Source: Rhodothermales bacterium (GTDB lineage: Bacteria > Bacteroidota > Rhodothermia > Rhodothermales > Bin80). Taken from it: a stretch of 64,000 bases of DNA. Location: contig CBDBLZ010000017.1 in NCBI GenBank assembly GCA_965207385.1, forward strand, positions 65,090-129,089, in the 5' to 3' direction. The notes below the pieces were generated by a model. That model was not told the origin of the DNA. It made no database searches and saw only the letters and a list, made by a program, of their open reading frames with translations. A program made the position numbers and the translations under genes. The first letter of the stretch is position 1. Each line of letters begins with the position of its first letter. Of this stretch, positions 53,399 through 62,328 are shown piece by piece.

Positions 53399-55198
53399 CT
53401 ACAGTGCCTCGAGTTCGGCCTCCAGCAGCTGTTGCCGGTGAAGCCGGGCGTAGAGCCCGCTTCCCTGCACCAGGTCCTCGTGCGTTCCCCGCTCGGTGAT
53501 GCTGCCCTCCTCAAGCACAATGATCAGGTCGGCCTCCTGCACCGTGGAAATGCGGTGACTGACGATGATCAGCGTGTGTCTGCCGTAGCGCCGCCTTAGA
53601 TGTGACAAGATGCGATGCTCCGTGTTGGTGTCCACGCTGCTCAGGGCATCATCAAGGATCAATATGCGGGGATTGCGGAGCAGGGCCCGGGCAAGCGACG
53701 CGCGCTGCTTCTGCCCTCCGGACAGGGTCACACCCCTTTCACCGACAAATGTATCGAGACCGTCCGGAAAATCCGGTACGCTTTCCAGCAGCTCGGCTTC
53801 GGCAACCGCCTGCTCTATGTCTGCCCGCCCTGCGCCCAACCGGCCGAAAGCAACATTACTGGCGATGGATTCGCTGAAGAGGAACACGTCCTGCGGAACA
53901 TGACCGATAGCCGCCCGCAGCATCGATACCGGATACGTGCGCAAATCGCGGCCGTCCACCAACACGCTCCCGGATGTAGAATCATGAAGGCGGGCAATCA
54001 GCTCCACAAGCGTGGTCTTGCCTGATCCCGTTCGGCCCACCACGGCGAGTGTGCCTCCAGCCGGAATTGAGAAGGAAACGTCCCGCAGCGCCCATCTTCC
54101 GGCACCCGGGTATTGAAAGCTCACGTGATCAAACCTGACGGAGCCCGTAATGTCAGGTGCCAAGAAATCCGTCAAATCCGAATCGGCTATCTCCGGCTTG
54201 GTATCGAGAATGGCATGGATGCGACTGATCGAAGCCGAGGCCCGCTGCACCATGGAGATAACGTATCCGAGCGCCGCTACGGGCCACGTGATCAGCGAGA
54301 TATAGATCATGTACTCGACAATGTTGCCGATTGTGATGAAGCCCTCGGTAACCAGCCTGCCGCCCATCCACACGACGAGTATCTGCGAGAGTCCTATCAC
54401 GGTGACAAAGACAGGACGCCAGGCTGCTTCCACCTTCGCCAGGGACAGCATCCGCCCCTTGTATGCTTCGCTTTCCGCCTCGAATGCTCGCGCTTCCGAC
54501 TCCTGGCGCGAATAGGCCTTCAGCACCCGGATGCCGGAGAGGGCTTCCTGCACCCGGCTGGTAAGTTTGGCATACTGCGCCTGCAGGGCCACGCTCCTGC
54601 CGTAGACCATGTGGGCCACAAAGAAAACGGCCACGGCCAGCAGCGGCATGGGCCCGAGCGCATACACCGTCAGCCGGGGAGAGATGATCAGCATCGCGGT
54701 CACGGCCGTGATCACGATCACGGCCGCGCGCGTGATATACATGATGGCCGGACCGATGTAGCGGCGTACCTGCTCGATGTCGCTCGTGGAGCGAGTGATC
54801 ACGTCTCCTGTCGAGGTGCCCACGTAATAACTCCTGGACAGCGTCTGGATGTGGTCGTAGAGCTGATTGCGCAAATCGAACTCAATGTGCCGGGAGGCCA
54901 CAACGACCGTCTGGCGCATCAGGAACGAGCAGACGCCACTGGCCAGGCTCAGGCCGATTACCACAAGGCCAAACACCATCAGCGTGGTGAAAATGTCCGC
55001 ATGGAGCGCGCCCTGTGCCTGCGTATCCTTAAATTGGTGGTACAGGGCGACGAACCTGGGGATGCTGTCTACGGCCTGGCGAACCACCATCGGTACGATG
55101 ATGGCGAAGATGGCAGAAACGATCGTAAAAAGCAGGCCCGGGATATACAGACGCCGATAGGCAACGAAGAAATGATTTAATCGGGCCAGGGGACGCAT
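53399..55198 (-). CDS. ABC exporter, fused permease/ATPase half-transporter
   Basis: 599-aa ORF with GRTGSGKTT, LSGGQKQRASLARAL and LILDDALSSVD. Confidence 0.85.
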   Translation of the reverse strand: MRPLARLNHFFVAYRRLYIPGLLFTIVSAIFAIIVPMVVRQAVDSIPRFVALYHQFKDTQAQGALHADIFTTLMVFGLVVIGLSLASGVCSFLMRQTVVVASRHIEFDLRNQLYDHIQTLSRSYYVGTSTGDVITRSTSDIEQVRRYIGPAIMYITRAAVIVITAVTAMLIISPRLTVYALGPMPLLAVAVFFVAHMVYGRSVALQAQYAKLTSRVQEALSGIRVLKAYSRQESEARAFEAESEAYKGRMLSLAKVEAAWRPVFVTVIGLSQILVVWMGGRLVTEGFITIGNIVEYMIYISLITWPVAALGYVISMVQRASASISRIHAILDTKPEIADSDLTDFLAPDITGSVRFDHVSFQYPGAGRWALRDVSFSIPAGGTLAVVGRTGSGKTTLVELIARLHDSTSGSVLVDGRDLRTYPVSMLRAAIGHVPQDVFLFSESIASNVAFGRLGAGRADIEQAVAEAELLESVPDFPDGLDTFVGERGVTLSGGQKQRASLARALLRNPRILILDDALSSVDTNTEHRILSHLRRRYGRHTLIIVSHRISTVQEADLIIVLEEGSITERGTHEDLVQGSGLYARLHRQQLLEAELEAL

Positions 55199-55242
55199 CG
55201 CTCGTCGAACGCACCCATTCTGGGCCGGATCCTGCTGCTGCC

Positions 55243-56124
55243 ATGCCTCGCTCTATACGTCTGATAGGGGCTCCGATGGACCTCGGACAGGACCTGAGAG
55301 GCGTAGATGTCGGACCCAGCGCACTGCGCTACGCCGGGCTGGCGCATCGGCTTCGTCAGCTGGATCATCACGTGGAAGACTTCGGCAACGTGGAAGTGGC
55401 AGTGCGCGGCTCGCTTGCCGGCCCGTCCTTCATCGAGCCCATCTGCAGCTCCTGCGAAAGGATCTACGAAGCTGTTCGCAATTCGCTTGCCGACGACAGC
55501 CTGCCGCTTGTGATGGGCGGCGATCATTCCATTGCGATAGGCACCATTGGCGGTGCCACCGAGGCCGGGCCGACGGGCGTGCTGTGGATTGACGCACACG
55601 CGGATTTCAATACGCCGGAGTCGTCACCCAGCGGAAACGTGCACGGCATGCCGCTGGCGGTCCTGTGCGGCCAGGGCCCCGCCGCGCTGGTGAACGTGGG
55701 GCGCAAGGGGGCAAAGCTCAGGCCGGAGGACGTGATGATCATTGCCCTCCGGGCCATTGATGCGCACGAGCGCGACATGCTGCGGGAACGGCGGCTGGGG
55801 CTCTACACCATGCGTGAAATCGATGAGCGGGGCATGGGGACCGTCGTCCGGGAGGCGCTGGAGCGCCTGGAGCACCACGACCGGCTCCACGTCAGCCTCG
55901 ATGTCGACAGCGTCGATCCCATGTTCGCCCCGGGCGTGGGCACGCCTGTGCCGGGAGGACTGAATACGCGCGAAGCCCATCTCATGATGGAACTCATTGC
56001 GGAGGACGGTCGGGTCGGCTCCGTCGATGTCGTGGAAATAAACCCGATCCTGGACGTGGGCAACCGCACGGCCGTGCTGGCGGCGCAGCTGCTGGCCTCG
56101 CTCCTGGGCAAGACCATCCTCTAG
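55243..56124 (+). CDS. rocF: arginase
   Basis: 293-aa ORF with GGDHSIAIG, WIDAHADFNTPESSPSGNVHGMPLA, SLDVDSVDP and GGLNTREA. Confidence 0.85.
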   Translation: MPRSIRLIGAPMDLGQDLRGVDVGPSALRYAGLAHRLRQLDHHVEDFGNVEVAVRGSLAGPSFIEPICSSCERIYEAVRNSLADDSLPLVMGGDHSIAIGTIGGATEAGPTGVLWIDAHADFNTPESSPSGNVHGMPLAVLCGQGPAALVNVGRKGAKLRPEDVMIIALRAIDAHERDMLRERRLGLYTMREIDERGMGTVVREALERLEHHDRLHVSLDVDSVDPMFAPGVGTPVPGGLNTREAHLMMELIAEDGRVGSVDVVEINPILDVGNRTAVLAAQLLASLLGKTIL

Positions 56125-56131
56125 ACGGGTC

Positions 56132-56797
56132 CTACTGCACGGGCGCAACGTGCACGGCACTGGCCAGGTGGTAGCCTACCACGCACTCGCGTCCACCGAT
56201 GCGCAGCGTCAGCGGCCCCTTGAACGGCGCCTTCGACACAACATCAACCCTGTTGGAAGGCAGCAGGCCCATTTCCTCCAGGTACTGGAGCCGTTCGGCA
56301 TCGGAATCCGAAACCTCCAGTATGCGCACCGTCTGTCCGGCCTCTATCTGAACCAGCGGTGTGGTGGCGGCCTCGGTCAACTTTAGATCTGCCGACGGAA
56401 TGGGATGCCCGTGCGGATCGTGCGTCGGAAAGCCCAGAAGCTCATCTATCCGCTGCTCAAATTCCTCCGAAATATGGTGTTCCAGGTGTTCAGCTTCCTC
56501 GTGCATCTCTGCCCAGGAATACCCCAGGACCTCTTTCAGGTATGTCTCCAGGAGCCGGTGGTGACGCAGGATCTCCAAAGCTATTTTCTCTCCTGCCGCC
56601 GTCAGGCGCACGCCGCGATAGGATTCGTACTCCACGAGTTTGGCCTTGGCCAGGCGCTGCATCATGTTGGTGACCGAGGCAGACGAGACACCAAGAGCAC
56701 GGGCGAGGTCCGTCGTAGAGGCCTTGTCCTTTTCCAGCTTGTAGATTGCCTTCAGATAGTCCTGGACCGCGGGGCTGAGAAGTGGCGTACGGGACAT
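56132..56797 (-). CDS. DtxR/MntR family metal-dependent transcriptional regulator with a C-terminal FeoA/SH3-like domain
   Basis: ORF 56132..57286 trimmed to MSRTPLLSPAVQDYLKAIYKL (ATG at 56797). It has VSSASVTNMMQRLAKAKLV, HEEAEHLEHHIS and PTHDPHGHPIP. Confidence 0.85.
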   Translation of the reverse strand: MSRTPLLSPAVQDYLKAIYKLEKDKASTTDLARALGVSSASVTNMMQRLAKAKLVEYESYRGVRLTAAGEKIALEILRHHRLLETYLKEVLGYSWAEMHEEAEHLEHHISEEFEQRIDELLGFPTHDPHGHPIPSADLKLTEAATTPLVQIEAGQTVRILEVSDSDAERLQYLEEMGLLPSNRVDVVSKAPFKGPLTLRIGGRECVVGYHLASAVHVAPVQ

Positions 56798-56805
56798 AAC
56801 GCCAT

Positions 56806-57540
56806 GTGCAACCGGTGGACGCAAACCCGGATCCCCCTGGCATGCCAGACCACGTTCCACGCCACAACCTGAGTATTCGCCAGACGGCCGATGGCGCTGC
56901 CACGCTCTACTCACGCGCCTACGGGCAGACGTACCATAGCGAGCACGGTGCCATTCTCGAGGCGCGCCACGTGTTTCTTCGGGGAACGGCCTATCGCCCG
57001 CCGGCACGCGTACTGGAGGTAGGATTTGGCGCCGGGCTGAATCTCCTGGTAACGGCCTCCGAGACGCAGGAGCACGTCCTGCGCTACACCGCGCTGGAGC
57101 GCTATCTGCCGCCTGCGGACCTGCTGCAGGTACTCGATTACGGCGCCGTCGTCGGCAGGCCGCGGCTATGGGCAGCTCTTGTAGATTGGCGGCGCACCCT
57201 TCCCTTGGACGTGCCGGTCGGCACCTACCGCTTCTCGTGCATGGGCTGCGAGCTTGATCTGCTGATGGGCGAGGCCACCGAATCAAAGCTCCCGGCCCGC
57301 ACGTTTGAGGCCGTGTACCTGGATCCGTTCAGCCCAAGGGCCAATCCCGAGTTGTTCACCCCCGGGTTCCTGTCCGCGCTCTACCGGGCTACGACCCCGG
57401 GCGGGCGTATTGCGACCTACTCTGCTGCCGGGGCCGTGCGACGTGCCCTTGCTGCCGCGGGATATGAGGTGAGGCGCGAGGCCGGCCCGCCGGGCAAGCG
57501 CGAGTTTCTGACAGGGCTCAGGAATGAGTCCTGTCCGTAA
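56806..57540 (+). CDS. mnmD: tRNA (mnm5s2U34) methyltransferase MnmD (stand-alone MnmC methyltransferase domain), full length
   Basis: 244-aa ORF (alternative start at 56842) with TLYSRAYGQTYHS, VLEVGFGAGLN and AVYLDPFSPRANPELFT. Confidence 0.75.
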   Translation: MQPVDANPDPPGMPDHVPRHNLSIRQTADGAATLYSRAYGQTYHSEHGAILEARHVFLRGTAYRPPARVLEVGFGAGLNLLVTASETQEHVLRYTALERYLPPADLLQVLDYGAVVGRPRLWAALVDWRRTLPLDVPVGTYRFSCMGCELDLLMGEATESKLPARTFEAVYLDPFSPRANPELFTPGFLSALYRATTPGGRIATYSAAGAVRRALAAAGYEVRREAGPPGKREFLTGLRNESCP

Positions 57541-57925
57541 TTACTATGCGTCCGTCCTGCTCCAGCGTGGCCCACTGGCCCGAGCGCAGCCGGCAAAAGT
57601 CGTCCTCCGACAGGCTTGCAACCGGCAGCACCTTGCCGTAGAGCTCCTCGGCCACAATCGAGGCCAGGGTCAGGAAGGCGTCCGGGCCGCAGGCAATCAC
57701 GGCGGCCGGCGCCGTCCCCCGCCGCAGGGACTCCAATAGGACCGCCGTGGAGGTGCTTGAGCCGCGCGTGGCGGGAAGCGCGAGGATAGAAGCAGCGGCA
57801 ACGCAGCCCGAAAGCGGATGCCTGCGGTCAATGATCTCACCGGTTGCAGCATCGTAGCCGCCCCAGAAGCTGAGCGGCTCCCGGCTGGCCAGCACCTTGC
57901 CGGCTGCCGGTCCCGCTACAAGCAT
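57518..57925 (-). CDS. DUF126 (aconitase X swivel / small subunit) protein, copy 1
   Basis: ORF 57518..58120 trimmed to MLVAGPAAGKVLASREPLSFWGGYDAATGEIIDRRHPL (ATG at 57925). Confidence 0.7.
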   Translation of the reverse strand: MLVAGPAAGKVLASREPLSFWGGYDAATGEIIDRRHPLSGCVAAASILALPATRGSSTSTAVLLESLRRGTAPAAVIACGPDAFLTLASIVAEELYGKVLPVASLSEDDFCRLRSGQWATLEQDGRIVITDRTHS

Positions 57926-57936
57926 ACGTGCCCGGA

Positions 57937-58455
57937 TCAACCCTTCCACGGCTCTTCGCTCAGCGTTACCCGCCCGCTCGCGGCGGACTCCACGCAGTCC
58001 CGCAGGCTCCCGCACACCACGCGGGTCCCCAGCAGCCCCGGCGCATAGTATGCGTACTTGGCAGAATTGGTCATGATGGTCCGCACGCGCCGCGGCAGCA
58101 TGGGCGTGGTCAGAATGCACGTATCCACGGTCACCGCGCCGCCGAATGCTTCCAGGCGCGCCAGATATCCCATTCGCTTTGCCAGCTGCCGCATCGCGCG
58201 GCTTGAGGTAACCAGGAATTGCACATCATCGTGCCTTTGCCGTCCCTTGAGAAGAGGGGCCAAACGGCCAAACTCGGTGATGGAAAAATGCGGACTCCCC
58301 AGAATCACCATGTCCAGCGCTGCACCCTCTGCCGTAGTGAGCTCGCACCTGGCATCCCTCAGACGGTCCAGCGTAACCTCCACCGTCCGCTCCGGCGCAT
58401 GGCCCTGGAAAGCTGCCTCCGCGGTAGGCGCCTCAGGCGTTACTCCCACAAGGTG
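57937..58455 (-). pseudogene. 3' fragment (C-terminal ~172 codons) of a DUF521 (aconitase X catalytic subunit) gene
   Basis: It aligns with residues ~248-419 of the full-length copy at 62725..63984, with 11 aa differences in 172. Similarity stops at ~58455. The first ~37 codons of ORF 57937..58566 are island sequence. Confidence 0.8.
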
Positions 58456-59494
58456 CAATTCAACAAGCCCTGGCCCACCGGGGCCGACATGCTCTGCAAT
58501 AGCCAACAACCCTGGTTGGGCTATGTCTTGGATTGATCGTGATAGTGCCAAGCATCGCGGATTCACTTCGCTTTGCTGTTCATGCGTGAATCGGCAGCCT
58601 GGGCCTATGGGCGTCCCTGAAATGGAGCGGATTCATGGCGCGTAGGTGTGATGCGTGCTCACCAGGATTTGCATGGCCATGGCTTCTGCCGGCTCGCGCA
58701 AGACCGCTGACTGCACGGGCGCTCTCGGTTTCCAGGCGTTGATGGACGATACTGGCGCTGCACTTGCAAGATCACCTCCTGGCCAGGCAGACCGTCAGCA
58801 GCAGGCGCAAGAGCTGCATCGAATCCTTCGTGCAGCTGACGCCGAAGCGGCAACAGGCAATGTAGCCGCTCGGCGTCTCCCTCGGATACAACTCACGGCA
58901 GGCCGCAGCCAAGGACAACACTCTCAGAGCGCAATTCCTCCAGGATGTGCTATTGGCGCCTCGTCCCTGCCTATCCGATTCTTGGAAATTCGGTCACGAC
59001 ACGGTCTCTGCGACGCGCAACATTCTGCCTGCCATTGATATCAACAATATTGCCATACAATTCTATTTTGTTGCCATATTTATAGCACGTAGTATTCACC
59101 ATTATATCTGTAATGGCGTCATATCATTGAAATTCCGACTTACGACGATTGCTCTCGGGACAGGACTGGTTAAGAGCGGTGGAAAGGATACGGGCTCGGA
59201 GGAAGCCCTGCTAAGCAGACGTGATTCAGTCCCTTCATGGCTACCACCGTCGTCGACTTCATAACACCAAAGTGGTCGGGCTCAACGGAATGTGCAGCAA
59301 TTCCGGAGAATGACGCGAGCAAGCTTGGAGACTTCACGCACTATCCCTCTTCGCGGGCAGGGCGCATGCCACCCGATTGGAGGTTGTCGGCGTCGCTGCC
59401 ACGGAAGCATGATTTGGGCTCTGGAACGACAGTATTGGGATGAGGCCTCGCGGCCAGCTTCCGTTTGGGCGGCAGTTTGGAGGAGTGAAAACCG

Positions 59495-61309
59495 ATGAAA
59501 TTCATGTTACCTGAGACACTCAGCCCTGAAAGGACCAAGCGGATACTGTTGACGGCGGTTGTTGCGGCGACCATTTTCGTTCGCTGCGACAGCTTCAACA
59601 TTGCCGACGTGGATTCGGCGACCGATTCCGCCTCGCTGATAGAATCGGTCAGGACGTACTACGAAGCGGCGATTCAGCCGAACGGGCTTGATGGACAAAT
59701 CGGCGGCAAGATCTCTGGCGACAGCATCAGGGCCGCCGTCCTAGCAGAGATGGTACGACAGTACCCGCCCGACTGGACCCAGGCCGTGACGTGGAGAGAC
59801 GGCAACGAATATCACCTTGCAACCATACTTGGCGCCGGCAAGCCCTCGATCAATCCCGCACAAGACAGCATTGCGGTGGTGCGAACTCTGGTTGCGGATC
59901 TTAATGAAGATGGGAAAGTCACCGATGCCCTTCTGGTCGAGTTCGCCAGTTCCGACCCGCTTGACCCAGCTTCCTTTGCTCATTACGTGAAACAGTGGTT
60001 CACTCAGGACTACGGCGATAACAAGGTCCTGGCCGCGGAGTATTCTCTTGGATACGAGGGATCACAGGCCTACTTATACAACCCATCGGACAGCGTACTT
60101 ACACCAGCCAGCTTGTCGCTGGAAAAGCGCAGGACGGCAGGCAAGGCAGCAAGGGAGGACGGTGTATTCTGCTGGTATTCCCTTGTTGAATTTGGCGAAA
60201 TATGTGGGGAACATCCTACCACAGGGGTTGAGGAGTGTAATGCCCGATATAGGTGGGAACTAACCTGCGTGCAGATGGATTCCGGAGGAGGGGAAGATGG
60301 AGGTGGAGGGGGCGGAGGCGGAGGTGATGACGGCAATGGCGACAGTGTAGGTACGGGAGGTGGAGGTGACGATGGAAAAGACGATGATGGTGAAGACACC
60401 AGTGATTCACTCTACTTGTCCTGCGACTCCTCTGTCGAACGAGGCCGCACGGCCGGGTGCACTGTCAACGCTCCGGATGACGGCAAGGGTTTGAACCCGG
60501 ACCAACTCACGTATGACTGGTCTTCCTCGAGTGGAGCGACATTTACCGGTACGGGGACCGGCGGCAATGAGTGGAGGGGCACCGCAACGGAATCCGTCAC
60601 GGTCAGCGTTGCGGTAGTTTCTCAGGGATTCTCTGATTCCCAGGAAATCACCGTTAATGCACGGTCAGGTTGGGGTGTAGGTCAAGCTAGTGTTACAAGC
60701 GTGACGTATGCGAACTTGGGTTCGATTTTGGGACGGTACACTGTCCCTTCAATCGCTACTCCAACTTTTGGAGACCCTGTCGCAGGTGGTGGACCATGGT
60801 CGGGGCGCTTCGCCTCCGGAAGTGCGCCGTCGTTTTCCGGTGACATTCAAATTAATGACAACTACGGCGGCGGGAGCAACACTTACCGAAATGCAAGGCG
60901 GGACGGCTGCCTGAGTGCACGGAACCAGGCGCAAGAATATGAAACATATAGCAGCATCAATTCCATGTGTGGGACGACTGCAGACATGAATGCCTACGAA
61001 CAGCAGATCCGGACTCACGAGTACGGACACCACAATAACCTCAATAGCTGCTTCGGCGAGGCGCAGGGAGTTAAGGCAATGGCGAGCATGGAAGCCATTG
61101 TCGGCGAGTCGGCTGCCGCCGTAGGAACAGCTTTGGGCAACGAGTGGTCAAGCTTCTACTCAAATTATCTTGGGCCTGCCATGGCGTGGTCACCTGCTGC
61201 GCCGGGAGGAGTTGAATTCTACCACGCCAGAAACAAGGGTCTTGTTAGCGAGCACTGGTCCTTGGGCGTGCCCGCTACCGCCGGACACACGAACGCGAAT
61301 TGCAACTAG
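59495..61309 (+). CDS. secreted, lipoprotein-like multidomain protein with a Gly/Asp linker, an Ig-like segment and a C-terminal HExxH (zincin-like) domain
   Basis: 604-aa ORF with GGAGGAG 10 nt upstream. The N-terminus is hydrophobic and ends in a Cys (LLTAVVAATIFVRCDSF). HEYGH is at 61016-61030 (IRTHEYGHHNNLNSCFGE). Confidence 0.65.
   Translation: MKFMLPETLSPERTKRILLTAVVAATIFVRCDSFNIADVDSATDSASLIESVRTYYEAAIQPNGLDGQIGGKISGDSIRAAVLAEMVRQYPPDWTQAVTWRDGNEYHLATILGAGKPSINPAQDSIAVVRTLVADLNEDGKVTDALLVEFASSDPLDPASFAHYVKQWFTQDYGDNKVLAAEYSLGYEGSQAYLYNPSDSVLTPASLSLEKRRTAGKAAREDGVFCWYSLVEFGEICGEHPTTGVEECNARYRWELTCVQMDSGGGEDGGGGGGGGGDDGNGDSVGTGGGGDDGKDDDGEDTSDSLYLSCDSSVERGRTAGCTVNAPDDGKGLNPDQLTYDWSSSSGATFTGTGTGGNEWRGTATESVTVSVAVVSQGFSDSQEITVNARSGWGVGQASVTSVTYANLGSILGRYTVPSIATPTFGDPVAGGGPWSGRFASGSAPSFSGDIQINDNYGGGSNTYRNARRDGCLSARNQAQEYETYSSINSMCGTTADMNAYEQQIRTHEYGHHNNLNSCFGEAQGVKAMASMEAIVGESAAAVGTALGNEWSSFYSNYLGPAMAWSPAAPGGVEFYHARNKGLVSEHWSLGVPATAGHTNANCN
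60278..60410 (+). repeat. purine-rich low-complexity tract encoding a Gly/Asp linker
   Basis: It encodes DSGGGEDGGGGGGGGGDDGNGDSVGTGGGGDDGKDDDGEDTSDS and produces poly-Pro/Ser shadow ORFs on the opposite strand. Confidence 0.85.
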
Positions 61310-61311
61310 CC

Positions 61312-61923
61312 ATGAAAGCCTTAGCGGTTACACTCTCATTCCTGCTGCTTCCTCTTGCCTCGTTCGCGCAGTCCAAAGCGGGCATGATCATGAAGGGGGG
61401 CATCTTCCTGAAACCTACACCGCCGGTTGCACTTGACCAGCTTGTCGAGAAACGAAATATCGATCCCGCCATAGCTGTGCTTACGCAGAAGTTTGAACCG
61501 CGCCCCGTCCCCGAGCTCGATGCCTTCGCGGATCAGCTTGTTCGATTAATGCTTGAGCACCAGGACAGCACCACAAGGTCACATGCACGCCGCGCACTTT
61601 ATGAGGCGGGTAAGGCTCGGTCCGGCGGGACACCCTACTCCAGGGCGACGGAGATATTCATAGAGATGTATGAGTCTGTCAGCAAGGACGAGGATCACCT
61701 AAAGCCAGACGGATATTTGCTTACCGTGTATAATTCAGGGGGCGAAGATTACGTGCATAACCTGTTCGAGACCAGTCCGCAGCCGCCCGCGTGCCGGATA
61801 GGCTACGATACGCCCTGTCCGCACAAGGGGCCTTGGTGCAACGCAGCTTACGTGCTTACGGTGACCAAGAATCTCCCGGACCCTAAGCTCTGGGAGGACA
61901 GGTGTATGCCCATTGTTGAATAG
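61312..61923 (+). CDS. secreted hypothetical protein, partner of the HExxH protein
   Basis: ORF 61300..61923 trimmed to MKALAVTLSFLLLPLASFAQS (ATG 2 nt after the upstream stop). It has a Sec signal peptide and four Cys near the C-terminus. Confidence 0.6.
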   Translation: MKALAVTLSFLLLPLASFAQSKAGMIMKGGIFLKPTPPVALDQLVEKRNIDPAIAVLTQKFEPRPVPELDAFADQLVRLMLEHQDSTTRSHARRALYEAGKARSGGTPYSRATEIFIEMYESVSKDEDHLKPDGYLLTVYNSGGEDYVHNLFETSPQPPACRIGYDTPCPHKGPWCNAAYVLTVTKNLPDPKLWEDRCMPIVE

Positions 61924-61943
61924 GGCGGGACGCCATGCCCACG

Positions 61944-62328
61944 GCAAGCCCCGGCTGTGGGCAGCGCTGGAAGAATGGCGGCCCACCCTTCCCTTGGACG
62001 TGCCGGTCGGCACCTACCGCTTCTCGTGCATGGGCTGCGAGCTTGATCTGCTGATGGGCGAGGCCACCGAGGCAAGGCTTCCGGCCCGCACGTTTGAGGC
62101 CGTGTACCTGGATCCGTTCAGCCCAAGGGCCAATCCCGAGTTGTTCACCCCCGGGTTCCTGTCCGCGCTCTACCGGGCTACGACCCCGGGCGGGCGTATT
62201 GCGACCTACTCTGCTGCCGGGGCCGTGCGACGTGCCCTTGCTGCCGCGGGATATGAGGTGAGGCGCGAGGCCGGCCCGCCGGGCAAGCGCGAGTTTCTGA
62301 CAGGCTCAGGAAAGCGTCCTGTCCGTAA
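61944..62328 (+). pseudogene. 3' fragment of an mnmD-like gene (C-terminal ~125 codons), with a 1-nt deletion before the stop
   Basis: GKPRLWAALEEWRPTLPLDVPVGTYRFSCMGCELDLLMGEATEARLPART aligns with mnmD residues ~118-244. There is no N-terminal half. The deletion (acaggGctc to acaggctc) removes the stop and creates the chimeric ORF 61913..62527. Confidence 0.8.

Larger units (their letters stand above)
57155..58455. repeat. direct repeat copy 1 (~1.3 kb)
   Basis: Colinear with 61944..63243 at offset +4789, then +4788 after a 1-nt indel near 57515. The two edges are the most diverged and the centre is near-identical. Confidence 0.9.
58456..61943. other. ~3.5-kb lower-GC insert bounded by the direct repeats; no mobility gene recognised
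   Basis: This unique sequence lies between the repeat copies. By hand count, 59041-59100 is ~32% GC against a much GC-richer background. Confidence 0.6.

Noticed and set aside
56798-57286. N-terminal 163-codon extension of the DtxR/MntR ORF (384 aa as listed)
   Set aside because: The extension overlaps mnmD in antisense and is Arg/Pro/Ala-rich. The regulator family begins at MSRTPLLSPAVQDYLKAIYKL (ATG at 56797).
58655-59038. 127-aa plus-strand ORF in the left part of the island
   Set aside because: Its composition is Ala/Arg/Gln/Gly-rich and non-protein-like, with no motif and no plausible start context. I treated the region as non-coding or decayed sequence.
60070-60410. Minus-strand ORFs encoding poly-Pro/Ser (109 aa) and His/Leu/Arg repeats (64 aa)
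   Set aside because: They are the reverse-complement shadow of the GGN/GAY-rich tract that encodes the Gly/Asp linker of the 604-aa protein.
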